In this document: positions 37,875 through 51,497 of the stretch, one piece after another
How positions within the stretch are numbered: the stretch's first letter is position 1
How the letters are laid out: every line of letters begins with the position of its first letter
Translations under genes and position numbers: made by a program
From: Camelus dromedarius
Lineage: Eukaryota
Direction of reading: 5' to 3'
Assembly (NCBI RefSeq): GCF_036321535.1
Contig: NC_087437.1
Span: forward strand, 75,456,001 to 75,520,000
Length of the DNA: 64,000 nt
Notes under the pieces: generated by a model
Databases searched by the model: none
What the model was told of the DNA's origin: nothing
The model's input: the letters and a program-made list of their open reading frames with translations, nothing else

Positions 37875-39409
37875 CTAAAAACAAGAGCAGTTACGAATAG
37901 AATTAGTGATGGGTGCTTATCAAGGGTTCTATCAGGATTACTTAGAACTATTCCAGGTCAGCAGCCTGACCATTAACAGATCACATCATCCATCAAGAAC
38001 CCTTGCTGGTCTAATTACTAGAAACAAGCCATGAAGCTCTGTGTTTGAATTTTTGTAATTTTAATTGAATATCTGTTTGATTCAATGTAACTATGAGAAT
38101 TGACAACAGACTAAAGCATAGAAACACTAGCTTGCTCTGTAGTTGATCAATGGTCTCATCTCTCCTCTGATCCTGGCCTGCTACAGTTGCTGGAAATTAT
38201 GTATATTGTATAAATTAAAGATTCCTGTTGGCTTTTATTCCCTGAATACATTTACTTTTAACATCTACTGCAACAATAGCAAATTAGTTTATCCAGCTAG
38301 CAAGACCCAGCAGGCCCTAAAAGAATGAAACAAACTTCACTTGGTTGGTTTAGGAAATATTTGGAGCATGTAGAAGACAACGCTGCCTTGAGGAATGTGT
38401 TGGGCATGGGCAGACATTAGTCTCAAAAGGGAGTACATGGCCAGGAGGAGTCCAAGAGGGGAAATGAAGTAACTTACTTATTTTGGCTTTAAGACAGCTC
38501 TCATGATATCCTATGAGTCAATCAAAATATAGTTAAATATCCTGGATATAAATGTAGAGATCCAATCTACCTAATATATATTTATATATAAGTATATATT
38601 AAAAAGCAAACAGATTCATCACAATTAAGGTTTTTGTAAAGAAAATATACTTACCCATTTCATAATCATTGAAGGCAGTATCCAGCTTCTCTGACCAATT
38701 CACATTTTAAGTAGATCACGTGCCCTGTCTATGGATTCTATGATATTAGCATTGGAAATGACCTTATCTTAGGGACAGTGGAGTAAACTTCTTTGGACCT
38801 TGGCCAAAGCTACCCAAGATGGGAGAACTGGGTGCTTATATGGCCCCGTCACAAAATCTTTTTTCTCTGCCTCCTCCTCTGGGGCTCTTTCTACTCTGCC
38901 ATGTCCCACGCCTCTCCCTCAGAGAGATTTGGTTTATTTCTGTACAAAGGGCTAGAGGAATATGGTATTATGCTGAGAGAAAGACATGGAAAGATGGGAA
39001 GGAAAAGGAGTGGTTTTGTTGACCTCTCCAGTTGCTCTACTAAACACTTCTAATATTTCATCAGATAATTAAAAATGCCTGTCATAGGACCTATAATGCC
39101 TTCTGTAAGTGTCAAGAAAGTACCAGGCTTACATTTAAAAAAAATTAACCAAACTTGCCTTTCTAGTGAGTTTATATCTGGTGGCAGATAACAGATGAGA
39201 AAGAGTCTTAATCAGAGTAGACAAAAGAAAACGTGATTTTCAATCTGCATGCAAACTTCCAGTCTGCTTACTGTTTCGAATTAATTGATCTCTCAGAAAA
39301 ATTGATACAGCTATGACCACAAAGGAAACAGCCACTTTGTATTTTGTGTTCATGTTCCCAGCTAATGATACAGACAACTAACACTTGGGTGTGTCATAAA
39401 GGAACTTAC

Positions 39410-39473
39410 CCTGAGATCCACATAGAGATGGTGTAAGAATGAAGAAGAAGGACACCACTGCCTGTGCCTTCAT
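39410..39473 (-). CDS. HHLA2: HHLA2 first coding exon, signal peptide MKAQAVVSFFFILTPSLCGSQ(D)
   Basis: Resembles human HHLA2 leader MKAQTALSFFLILITSLSGSQG; phase-1 donor GTAAGT; upstream tandem acceptor ttctctttgaTAG|TAG| puts the exon start at 39499 or 39496. Confidence 0.92.
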
Positions 39474-40712
39474 GTCTTGTGGAGGTCGTATTAGTTCTAC
39501 TATCAAAGAGAAGCAAAATATGCAAGTTATAGATGTTAAGTGCAAGCAGGAATTGGAAAAGAAAGAATGAACACATCTGACTATAGGAGATTCATTAAAT
39601 GAACTACAGTACATCCACACAAATAATTCTGCGACTATTAAAGATGACATTGTAAAAGACGGTTCAGTGGCATGGAAGAAAGTTCTGAATATAACAGGAG
39701 AAAAATCAGATTACAATGCAACTTTTAAACAACATAGTCCCTTTGTAAAAGCACACACATTTCTGCAAATAGGAGATTGACATGACATATCACAAAATGT
39801 ACACTAGGATGTTAACTCTGAAGAGCAGGCCTCACATTTAAAGCAGTGCCTGCCGTATAGGTACTGAAAAATTATCGTTGCATAAAGATTTTGGAATATG
39901 TTTAATAGTGGTTCTCTGGATAATAGCTTTTGTCTGTTAATTTAAAGCTTTCCACAGTGGACATGTATTGCTTTTACAGGAACTATACAAAAACAAATTC
40001 AATTAAATATTAAATGCTAATGATGTTAACCATGGTGTTATTTATAATTACACATAAAAAACAAAACAAAACCTGAAAACATATTCCTAAATGTCCAATA
40101 ATAGTACAAATCACAAGGCAGCCATTAAAATCATTTACATAGTGTTTCAAAAACTAAAAAAAGTAAGAAAATATATAGATGGTAAAATGCATACACACAA
40201 TATAAACTCAAGTAAGTAAAATAGAACTATTTTCTCTGGAGATGGGATTATACATAATTTCTCTCTAAAAAAAGTAGCTTGAAAAAGAATAGTATATAAT
40301 TAGTTTTAAAAACTTCTAGAAGAAAATTTTAAAGAAATCACTTGGGAATTCTATTACAAGTTTGTACCCTAAATTTGTTGTAGGATATAAGATTTAAGAA
40401 TGATTAAAACTGTTCTAAAAAATAAAAATTGATTCCCTCATTATATTTTACCAAAATAAAACCTGATAGATCAATAATTTATAGTTTCATTGTTACATTT
40501 TAAATACTTGAAGAAAATAATGGAATAGACAGCCTTGGAAGACAGCCTTTTTAATATGATTACACTTTTCTATTACAGATATGTCTATATAAAAATTGGA
40601 AAAGCAACAAAAACATATTAAAAATCAAACAAATATGGAAAATATTTGCCATATGACAAACTGTCACTCTAATAGCTTCTAACTTTCTCAGAGCAACAGC
40701 TAAAATGTTTGG

Positions 40713-43700
40713 TAAGTGACCAAGATGGTGGCATAGGAGGACCCTGAGCTCACCTCCTCCCATGGGCACATCAAAGTGATATTTACAGAGCAACTATTGA
40801 TGATAGAGACTTGCAGACTAGCAGAGAAGATCTACAACTGAAGATATAAAGAAGAAAGCACAAAGAGGTGGGTAGGATGGTCATGACCCACACCCCCAGA
40901 TGGGCAACCCACAAATAGGATGATTACAACTGCACAGGTTCTCCCCAGGGAGTGAGGGGTCTGAGCCCCACATCAGCCTCCCCAGCCAAGGGCTCTGCAC
41001 TGAGAAGACGAGCCCCCAAAACATTTGGCTCTGAAGGCCAGCAGGGCTTACACTGGAGAGAGCCAGAGGGCTGTTGGAAGTAGGCTCCATTCTAAAAGGG
41101 CACAAAATCTCACACACGCTGGGACCCAGGGCAGAAGCAGTAGTTTGAGAGGAGCTTGGGCCAGACCTACCTGCTGATCTTGAGGAGCTTCCTGCAGAGG
41201 CAGGAGGCAACTAGAGATCATACCCTGGGGACACAGATGCTGGTGGCAGCAATTTCTGGAAGCTTATTCTACTGTGAGGACACTGGTGCAGGCAAAGGCC
41301 ATTTTGGAATCAGCACCGGGACCTGCCCCCATCCAGCAGCCTGTCAGCACCAGTACTGGGACACCTCAACTCCACCTACCAGCAGGCCTTCTGCCTTAAG
41401 ACCTCCTGAGGCCCTAGCTGCCCCAGGACACGGTCCTGTCCAACACAGAATGCAGAACGTATCCCCACCCAGCAGTACACTAACACTAGCCCTGGGACCC
41501 CTGGGTCCCCAAAACCAGCCATTGGGAACTGGCCTTACCCACCAGCGGGCCAATGTCAGCACCAGGACACCTGGGCCCTATAGTCAGAGACCCTGGGACC
41601 TGACTTGGCTCACCAGTAAATCAACATTAGCCCTGGCATCCCCTAGGCCCTGACCCCACTGACCAGCAGGTGGACACCAGTGACAGGACCACTGCAGCCC
41701 CATAGCCTGCCATGTTAGAATTCAGTCCACAAACCAGCAGGACAGCATCGGGTCTGGAACCCCTTGGGCCCCCTAGCCAGAGACCCCAGGACCTGGCTCT
41801 ACCCACCAGCAGACCAGCACTAACCCAAGATACCCTGGGCCCAGGCCCTACCCACTGACAGGAAGATACCTGCTCTGAATCCCCTAGTACCCCAGTCATG
41901 CCCAGCAGCAGGCAGACATCAGCTGTAAGACACCATAGACCGCCCCAGCCAATTGCCCCAGGGTCCAGCTGCACTCAGCAGCATGCCAGCACTAGCTTTA
42001 GGACACCACAGAACCCATATCCAGCAGTGTCAGGAACAATTTGAAGAATAGAAGCTATATGATCATCTCAACAGATGCAAAAAAAGCTTTTGACAAAATT
42101 CAACATCCATTTATGATAGAAACTCTCCAGAAAGTGGGCAAAGAGGAAATATACCTCAACATAACAAAGGCCATACATGACAAGCCCACAGCTAACAACA
42201 CACTCAACAGTGCAAAGCTGAAAGCACTTCCTCCAAGATCAGGAAGAAGACAAGGATGCCCACTTTCGCCGCTTTTATTTAACCAAGTACTGGCAGTCCT
42301 CGCCACGGCAGTCAGACAAGGAAAAAAGGAGTCCAAACTGGGAAGGAAGAAGTAAAACTCACTGCTGCTGATCTGATACTATACATAGAAACCCTAAAGA
42401 TGCAGCCAAAAACTATGAGAGCTCATCAATCAATTCAGTAAAGTTGCAGGATACAAAATTAATATATAGAAATCTGTTTCACTTCTATATACTAAAAAGG
42501 AACTATTAAAAAGAGAAGTTAAGGAAACAATCTCATTTAAAATGGCATCCAAAGTAATAAAATGCCTAGGAATAAACCTACCTAATGAGGTAAAAGACCT
42601 GTACTTAGAAAGCTAGAAGACACTAATTAAAGAAATTGAAGATGACATAAAAAGATGGAAAAAATACACCATGTTCATGTACTGGAAGAAATAACATTGT
42701 TAAAATGACCATACTACTCAAGGCGATCCACAGATTCAATGCAACCTCTATCAATATACCAAGGGTAATTTTCACAGGACTAGAACACATAATTTTCAAA
42801 TTTGTATGGAAACACAAATACCCAAAACACTCTTGAGAAAGAAGAACAGAGCTGGAGGAACAAGTCCCTCACTTCAGACTATACTACAAGCTACAGTAAT
42901 CAAAACACTATGGTACTGGCACAAAAACATACACATAGATCAATGGAACAGAATAGAGAGCCCAGAAATAAACCCATGCATTTATGGTCAATTAATCTAT
43001 GACAAAGGAGGCAAGAAAATTCAATGAAGAAAAGTCTCTTTAAGTGGTGATGGGAAAATTGAATAGCTACATGTAAAAGAACAAAATTAGTAATATGCAA
43101 AATAAATTAAAAACAGATTAAAAATCTGAATGTAAGACCAGAAAGCATAAAACTCTTTGACGAAAACATAGGCAGAACACTCTTTGACATAAATCACAGC
43201 AACATTTAAAAAAAATTGTCCCCAAAGCAAAGGAAACAATTGCAAAAATAAATGGGACCTAATTCAATTTGAAAGCTTTTGCACAGCCAAGGAAATCATC
43301 AACAAAACAAAAAGACAACCTACTGAATGGGAGAAGATATTTGCAAATGATATGACCAATAAGGGGTTAATATCCAAAACAGATAAACAGCTCATACAAC
43401 TCAATATCAAAAACAAACAAACAAACAACTTGATTAAAAAATGGGCAGAAGATCTGAATAGACATTTTTCCAGTGAAGAAATACAGATGGCCTACAGGCA
43501 TATGAAAAGATGCTCAACATCACTAATCAGCAGGGAAATGCAAATCAAATCTCACCACAGTGAGATACACCTCACACCTATCGGAATGGCTATCATCAAA
43601 AAACACAAATAACAAATGTAGATGAGGATGCAGAGAAAAGGGAACTCTCATACACCCTTATTGGAACTGTAAATTGCTGCAGCCACCATGGAAAACAGTA

Positions 43701-44985
43701 TGAAGGTTTCTTGTTTTTTAAAAAAAAAAAAAAAACCCAACCTAAAAATAGAACTACCATATGACCCAGCAATTCCACTTTTGGGTATATATTTGAAAAA
43801 ATCTGAAAACATTGATTTGAAAAGATATATGCACCCCAATATTCATAGCAGCATTATTTACAATTGTCAAGACATGGGAGCAACCTAAATGTCCATCAAC
43901 AGATGAATGGATAAAGAAGATACACACACACACACACACATACACACATACACACGATGGAATACTACTCAGCCATCAAAAAGAATGTAATTTTGCCGTT
44001 TGCAACTACATAATTACACTTGGAGGGTATTATGCTGAATGAAATAAGCCAGATAGAAATAGACAAATAGTACATGATATCACCTATATGTGGAATCTTA
44101 AAAATGAAACAAACTAGTGAATATAACAAAAAATATGTTGTACACCTGAAACTTATATAATATTGTATATCAACTATACCTCAATTAAAAAATAATTTTA
44201 AAAAGGATAACAAGTAACAAGTGTCGGCCAAGATGTGGAGAAAAGGGAACCTTTGTGCACTGTTGGTGAGAATGTAATTTAGTGCAGCCAAAATGGAAAG
44301 AAGTATGAAGAGTCCTCAAAAAATTAAAAATATTACTACCACGTGATCCAGCAATTCCACTCCTGGGTATTTATCTGAAGAAAATGAAAACACCAGTTAG
44401 AAAAGATATATGGACCCCCTATGTTCTTTGCATCATTACTTATAATAGCCAAGATACACAAGTAGCCTAAGTGTCCATCTATAGACAAATGGATAAAAAA
44501 ATCTGTGATATAGGTATAGTGTAATATTAACCACAAAAAAAGAATGAAATCTTGCCATTTGTGGCAGCAAGGATGTACTAGAGACTATTAAGCTAATTGA
44601 AATAAGTCTGACTTAGAAATACAAATACTGTTTGATTTCCCTATATGTGAAATCTAAAAAATAAAACAAATGAATATAAAAAAACAGAAAGTGTTACAGA
44701 TACAGAGAACAAACAGGTAGTTGCGACAGGGAGGGGTCTAGGGTAGGGAGGAAAGACATTGGTGAAGGAGATTAAAAGATGCAATCTTTCAATTGCAAAA
44801 TAAATGAGTCATGGATGTGAAATGTACAGTATGGTAGAATATAGTAAATAATTGTGTAATATCTTTGTATGGTGACAGATTGTAACTAGATTTTCTCATG
44901 GTGATCATTTTGAAACATATAGAAATACTAAATCACTATGTTGGGTAATAGGAAGTAACAGTGTTAAAAAAATAACAACATAAAA
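40713..44985 (+). mobile_element. Composite L1: 5'UTR (40713-42039) joined to mid-ORF2/3' end (42040-about 44200), followed by a second ORF2-end/3'UTR (about 44205-44985)
   Basis: Same 5' motif as the L1 at 28578; abrupt jump into [18 protein letters not shown]; two 3' ends; TAAAATGTTTGG direct repeat at 40701-40712 and 44986-44997. Confidence 0.88.
41340..42030 (+). repeat. Degenerate GC-rich tandem monomers (about 55-60 bp) in the L1 5'UTR
   Basis: Recurrent cccaccagcag...ccctgggccc...agagacccc.ggacctg units. Confidence 0.65.
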
Positions 44986-45399
44986 TAAAATGTTTGGCAA
45001 AGTAAAAACTTGTAAAATTGTAGTAGTTGTGAAAATAAGACCTTTATATTTCTTCCTGTAGATGTATTTGCATGTGTAACACCTGAAAAGATACATATCA
45101 CAATGCTTTATCTCCAAATAGTAAGATTAAAAGTAATCATTAAATTCATTTTATACTATGAACATATGTAGATATGTAACAGTGCATTTTACATTTATAG
45201 GCTATTAAAAAACAATTTAAAATTTAATCAGTCTATCTCAAGCCAAAGTTAACTCCACCATATTTGATGCAACTCTGGGGCATTCCATTTCCACTGTCGT
45301 ACTACAGGTTCAACGTCTCATTCTCCAGGATGACTGCATTATTTGCTAGCTTTTCTTGAAGCTTCCTACATCTCTTTTTCCCACCTCCTTTCATATGTT

Positions 45400-46770
45400 C
45401 TTGATTCATTAATTAGTTAAAATTAACTATGAATTTTCCCTCATCCCTCTAACACCAATTTAACCTACCCATTGACAGCTGTCCACGCTTTCTGCCTCCC
45501 CTTCTCCTCTTATCCAAACCCAAACCCTTCACTTTAGCTCTACATCTCATATCTTTTTTGCATTCAAGAAATCTGTCCTTGCAATCACTATCCCCTCTCT
45601 ACTGTATCATCAGGTTCATTTTTTCTAGATCAATCCTATGAGCAAAAATGCTCCAATTTGTCCCGCCTTAAGAACATGAAAAAAAATAATATTCTCCTCT
45701 GACTTTTGATTAACATGTACCTATTTCTCAGCTCTATTAGTTTTGCGAAATACTTGTCTAAATAGCCCTGCCATTTCCCCCTTACAATTTCCCCTCAATC
45801 CACTCCAGGCCCCTGTCTGCATGACATATCATAAACTGCCCTTTGTCAGTGTCACCAAGAAGTGCTAGGTTGCCAAAAACATGGATACAATTTGTCCTCA
45901 TCTTACTCAGTCTCACAGCAGCCTTCAACATAATTGTCTGTTACCTTTTTTATGGAGAGCTCTTCTCTTTGTTTCTGGGCCACCACATTCTCTTAATTTT
46001 TCTTTCCTCACTGCTGCTCCTCCTTAGTCCTTTACTGGGCCTCCTTCTTTGCTTGCCCTACTTACGTGAAAATATGGAAGATTTTCAGGACTTATACCTT
46101 CTCTATGCTCTGTTCCTAGGTAAGTCCCTCTCTTCCATGGCTCTGATTGCCATCTGTACACCAAGGATTCTCAAATTTATCTGCTGAGTCAAGGTCATAT
46201 ATTCAATTACCCATTTGATTGTTCACTTAGATGCCTGATAGGCATCACAGGATTAACATGAGCCCTTGATCCGTACCTCATTCCCTTTACCATTGTTCTC
46301 TGCTCCACCTTGAACAAGACAACAAGAATTACCCTATTTATCCTCCAGTCTTTTATCTCAATAATTGATACCAAATCTTCCATGCTGTTTAGTCCAGAAA
46401 CATAGAATTCAACCTTGATTCTTCCTTTTCCTCATGTCCCATATCCAATCCATTTACCAGTCTTTTGTTAATGGATTAAATAAAACTCCATTATTTGTGC
46501 ACTTCTCTCCAACTCTGCCATTACCATTCTACTGCAAAGCCACTGTCATCTCTTACCTGGATTTCTAAAAAAGAGATCTGGGTAGTTACCACTGCTCTAC
46601 TCTTGCCCCTACAGCTGCCACTGTCAACACAGCACTGAGAGTCATTTTTAAAATATAAGTAACTCTACAACATCCTCCTAATTAAATCCCTTCAGTGACT
46701 TCCCACCACACTCAGATCAAATTCGTAAGGTACCAAGCCTTGCATACTCTGGCTCCTGGGCCTGTCCGCC
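45400..46770 (+). mobile_element. L2 LINE fragment
   Basis: L2 motifs tcagtgtcaccaa...tgccaaaa, tcatcttactc.gtctcacagcagc.ttcaaca, atccaatccattt, cactgtcatctcttacctgg. Confidence 0.7.
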
Positions 46771-48669
46771 CCTCCAGCCTCTCCCATAACAACCCACAAC
46801 ATATATTCCAAAACACTCGTGAACACAAAGTGCTCCAATTCGAGGGTCAGCATGAGCTGAAAATTAGGCCCTTGAGAACTAGTTAATTCATGTCTTTGGG
46901 ATAAAATGACAAATTACAGTAACCCATTTATCATCTAAGATAAAGTACTATGAATTAAAAAAACATACTCAACCTCTTCTACACAAATGCTTGATTTAGC
47001 GCTTTTGAAATAATTTCAGCATTCAGCTAAGTGAGGCAGTTAATGAGTATTTGGCCCTATTTTTATGCCTAAGTTTTATTTTTAGACATTTATTTTCTTC
47101 CCCCAAAGCAGCAGAAATCTTCCACCTCGGATTCGACTGTAGCTGCCCAACGTGCAATCAGCGCCCTTACAAATGGGCTCAAATACCAGAAGCGTCTTGT
47201 TCTGGCATATTCTGGCTGACTTCCAGATGCGAGGGAGAAAGGCAAAGGGAAGCGGCCTCTGTAGTGAAACGTAGCGAAAAGAAGTCCAGGTGCTGAGACT
47301 AATCAGACAGAAGAAAAAATTGAGGCCATTCTACAAGCATAAAATAAAGAGACAGAGCAGCTCCCTCTGCACTCAGCAGCTGCAGACCACACTGACCGTA
47401 GCCATCAGCACCGACTGTGGCAATGACAAACTTCACTTGTGTTCAGGTCAGATTCTCTAGGCTGCATGTCAGGAACACTCAAGACTAGTCCTGGCCTCAG
47501 AACTCTGGCCTAGACACGACCAGATGCACACAGGAAGTCAAGTCTCTTGTTCAGTAAACAGGACTGTTTCACATCGCTTGCATCATGCCGGCTCACGTTA
47601 TGAATTCCTTCAGGAAAAGCAGCTTCCAGGGTGCTCCATTCTCCTCTGCATTATTTTTAAATTCAGTGCCTCTCCATAGTGCTCAGGGCACTGAGCCAGT
47701 TCGTGAAAGAAGTTATAACAAAAGGAAAATTCTTTGTAGCATCCTAGGGATTTCTCCTTAGCATCCACTTAGATTTTAATAGGATTGACTTTGTTTAAAT
47801 AGAAAAAAGAACAAAAAACCAGTTTTTAGGATTACCCGCCCTTTACTCAAAAAATAACACCCCTGATGTTTTACAGTGAAAATCCTCCAGCTGAGAACTC
47901 ATATATTGGGCTGAAATTTTGAATCTCTAGAGGTACTGTCTTGGCTTCAGGCTCAGTTTTTCTGGGGGGATTGGGGTCGGGAGAGTAGTTCTTGGTATGT
48001 TTGTTTGGAAATCAGGTTAAAAGTATGTGCTAACACACTTTTGGGGAGGTATAGCGGTGCAGCGGCAGGGCAGCAAGAGTGAAGGAAAAGGGGAAGTGAA
48101 ACAAAGGAGAGAAAGCAGACAGTAGGTGGTGGCCGCCCTGCTGGCCACAGCTTTAGAACAGGAAACAGAGCACTGACGCAGTCACAAGGGATGATCTCCA
48201 GGCATCCTCTACAGAACCACAGCACCTCGGAACAATCCACTAGAGGAACAGAGCAAAAGGAATCTGTCTATCAATTTCCTCCACTGGTCAAAGTTTTCCC
48301 CATGGGGCTTTAAATCCCATGCTTGTCCTAGTTCTGCACCTGGCCACATGGGGAAGCCACTCAGGAAGCCAGATGCCATGCCTCACAGTGTGACACTGAA
48401 TCTGAAATACAGGGACAAGGGAAACGACAGCCTCTGGGAGTCTGCAGCCGCTGTGGTGGGTGACGGAGAGCATACTGCTGTTGGCCTCCCCAGAGGAGGC
48501 AGGGTCAGCTGCTGACATTTGGAAATGAGGCAGTGGCATTGGGGAAAGGGCTTTCTTCATCCAACCAGTTGAAGGCCCAGGAAACAGGTGAGGCCAAGAC
48601 AATCTAGGGAGGCTCATAAATTGGGCCCAGTAAAAGCTATTTAGAAAATGCCACACATTGATATTTCCT

Positions 48670-49060
48670 ATGCTAGCAGACCATTAATCGCTTGCTCAGA
48701 TCCCCTGTGATCACTTTTATCCATTCAGTTTTCACACGTGCGTTGCTCAGTTACTGCTACCTGCTCACATAACTGCAGCCTTCTTCGGAGGCTTGCCCTT
48801 AGGTGATAGAAGCTGTGGTTCTTGGAGTTACACTCCTTTCCTACTCTGCACCCCAGTGGTGGCTTCAAGGCAAGAGACAGTTTGTGGTCTAGAGCCCCAC
48901 CGTGGGAATGAGGCTGAGACTTCATCATCTGAAGCTTCTATCTCTGCCCCATCCTGCTTCCCACACTTCCTTATGAGTTTCTTTGGGAAACATTCCCTCA
49001 TTACTTGTCTACAAACCTCCACCTCTAAAGGGTTGGTCTCTGAGAAGCAGGACTGAGACA
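48670..49060 (+). mobile_element. ERVL LTR16-like LTR
   Basis: gctcagatcccct...ctgccccatcctgcttcccacacttcct...gactgagaca; ends approximate. Confidence 0.55.
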
Positions 49061-49067
49061 AAGCACA

Positions 49068-49529
49068 TGTAAAGGAAATCACATTGTGGGTCCACAGACA
49101 TCTGGTAGATTCCTGCTCCATGGCCCCTCAGGCGCCCAGCTGCTGCCCTTTGAAGATAACAAAGAGCATTCCTTTCCTAATGCAGGCCTGCCTCAGGGAG
49201 ATAATGATTATCCGTACCATGCCGGCAAGCATGACCACCAGGGCCGGCCACAAACCCTACAAAAATCACAACCCTTTACCAAAATCCCTAGCCTTGTCCT
49301 TTCACAACCCACTTTGTGCTCGAGGTCACATAAGCACAGGAGTTCAAGGTTACCCTCCCTTATAAAAGACCTCAGCAGCCAACCCTTGGTGCTCACACAG
49401 GCACTTCTCATCTGTGTGGCCTGCTCTTGTCTATGACAGCGTACTGAATAAACTCCTTTTCCATTTTCATCCTTTGTCTTTGGTAAATTCCTTTATCACC
49501 TGCACACCGGCCCACCGAATCCCACAACA
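49068..49529 (+). mobile_element. Well-preserved solo LTR, probably ERV1 class
   Basis: TGT...ACA termini, TATAAAA at 49361, AATAAA at 49447-49452, 4-bp TSD CACA at 49064-49067 and 49530-49533. Confidence 0.8.
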
Positions 49530-50831
49530 CACATTACAGAGAAGAGGCCAGGGCACTTACTAGTCTTCAGGACCATTTTCCAGTTCAGAAGTCTATCATG
49601 AAATGTTTCTTCTTGCCAAAGGGTAGGCTATATAATCCTCAGTAACGCTCTATACAAGAAAGAACATAGTCAGAGTGGAGGCTTTTTTTTTTCCCCCTTT
49701 AGCAAGAAGGCTGCAAAGCCAAGACAATAGACAAAAGGTAATGCCAGGGTGTTAAGGCAGACAGCAGGTGTTTTGTCTACCATATAAAGGTAATAAGTAA
49801 GTGAACAAGACTCTGTAAGTGAAGTGAGTTTTGAACATGTGCAGATGTGGAGCCAAGGACTTCTTGGAAAGAGTCACCTCTCCCTCCTTAACACTCACTG
49901 ATAGATGCCCATGGCACACCAAACGCCTCTGGAAAGCCAGCCAGCTGTGTCTGTCTACTTTACTCCCAAGAGTTCAGAATGTGTGTTGTCATCATCAAAT
50001 AACTAAATATCACATTAACTGATGAAGTGGGAGGACAGGACAAACTTGCTGTTTCTCCAACAATTAAGTTTAATAAGATGAATGATTTGGAAAGGCTAAA
50101 TAAAAGCACGAGAAAGGAGGGAAGAAAATTCTGCTATTGGATGCGGTGTGGGAGAGACAATAGTGAAAGACAAAGCAATTAGTAAAGCACTAGAAGGAGC
50201 TGGACTCTTTCTAACAATCTGCAGAGCTTTCCGGCCACTTTCAAGAAACAAAGACTAGAAATACTGGATGGTGAGTCATTGATTCAGTCTGTGTAAGAAA
50301 GATAATATAGAAAATAAAACAGTGGCCTCACACTCAGGACAAGGCCTTAATGCCCTCCACTCAGAAAACTAGGAAATGGATGGACATTTGTGTATTTTAT
50401 GTTTAAAAGCATTTAAAATTAATGATTGGAATATTTCTCTTTTTCTTTTAAACCAGACCAACTACTGGGGTTGAGTGTGTCAGATGTAAGGATTCAACTA
50501 AAATAAGGAAAGCTCTGAAATGATACTGTGAATTCTCACCACAGTTAACGTGAAACAATGTTTCTGTGACACAGAGGAGGAGCAGCAGTACCTGGAGGCC
50601 AAAGAATCTGGGCCAGGAGGCTTCCTTCCTAATGTTGGTTTAGGCTTATCACCTAATTCTGATATCAGAATCCCATCGTGTGATGGTCACGGTTATTACA
50701 TTTAATTACTGTGCTGAATGGGAGGTGATATATTTGGTATGCCTCAGAATGAGATTAACCATTCCACTCAATCCCCGTGTCACCCTTTCAAGCGCAGAAG
50801 TGAAGAGCTCCTCTCTATCTATGTACCAAGG

Positions 50832-51497
50832 TGTTAGGGTTGCACGACTTGTAATGAAATATCAGAATCAAAGATTTAGTGTGAAGAAAGGGCAAACTCA
50901 ATCTCGGCAAGACTTACTCCTAGCTGCTGTGCTACCACGGTTGTTGCCCCGAACCGCAGTCCCACCCCTCCCTGCGCGCAGACTTACAGAAAACCACAAC
51001 CACCCTCCAGCTGTCTTCACAGCACAGGAACAAGAATCTAACTACAGGAAAGGTGGTGCAAGCTGGCTCAGCTTCAAGAGTGGGACAAAGGTCCTCTTGC
51101 AGCTCATACCATCTCACTGTAGTAGTGAGATCTCCACCTGTCTGTGCCATGCCAGTTCAGCCTGCTTCCCATCCAGATGCCAGAGGACCATAGAAGGGCA
51201 AACAAAGAAGTAACACTCCAGTTCCGGGAGGAACCCTGCCTATTCCCAGAAAACCAATGCACAGGCCTCCCCCTCATTAGCCTTGCCCTTAAAATCTTGC
51301 CTTAATTGCCCTCTGGGGGAGAAGTTGATTTGTGAACTAAGTTCCCGCCTCTCCATTCTCTGGCCATTGATTAAGCTTAAGCTGCTTCAATCTTAGCTTC
51401 AGTTTCGGTTTTTGGCTGCTTGAACCTGAAAGGAAAAAGAACCCTCTCCACTGAGGCAGGGGGCCTCAGCCAGGCTAGGGCCTATGTGAGGATAACA
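50832..51497 (+). mobile_element. Probable solo LTR
   Basis: TGTTA...TAACA inverted termini, CCAAT at about 51254, TTAAAA TATA-like box, U5-like T-rich segment; no TSD recognised, so the 5' end is uncertain. Confidence 0.5.

Noticed and set aside
41340..42030. Spaced repeats resembling a CRISPR-like array, and Pro-rich ORF 41156-41653
   Set aside because: Degenerate tandem monomers of an L1 5'UTR in a eukaryotic genome; no unique spacers or cas genes.
50680..51213. 177-aa ORF
   Set aside because: Non-ATG start, overlaps a probable LTR, no recognisable domain or exon structure.
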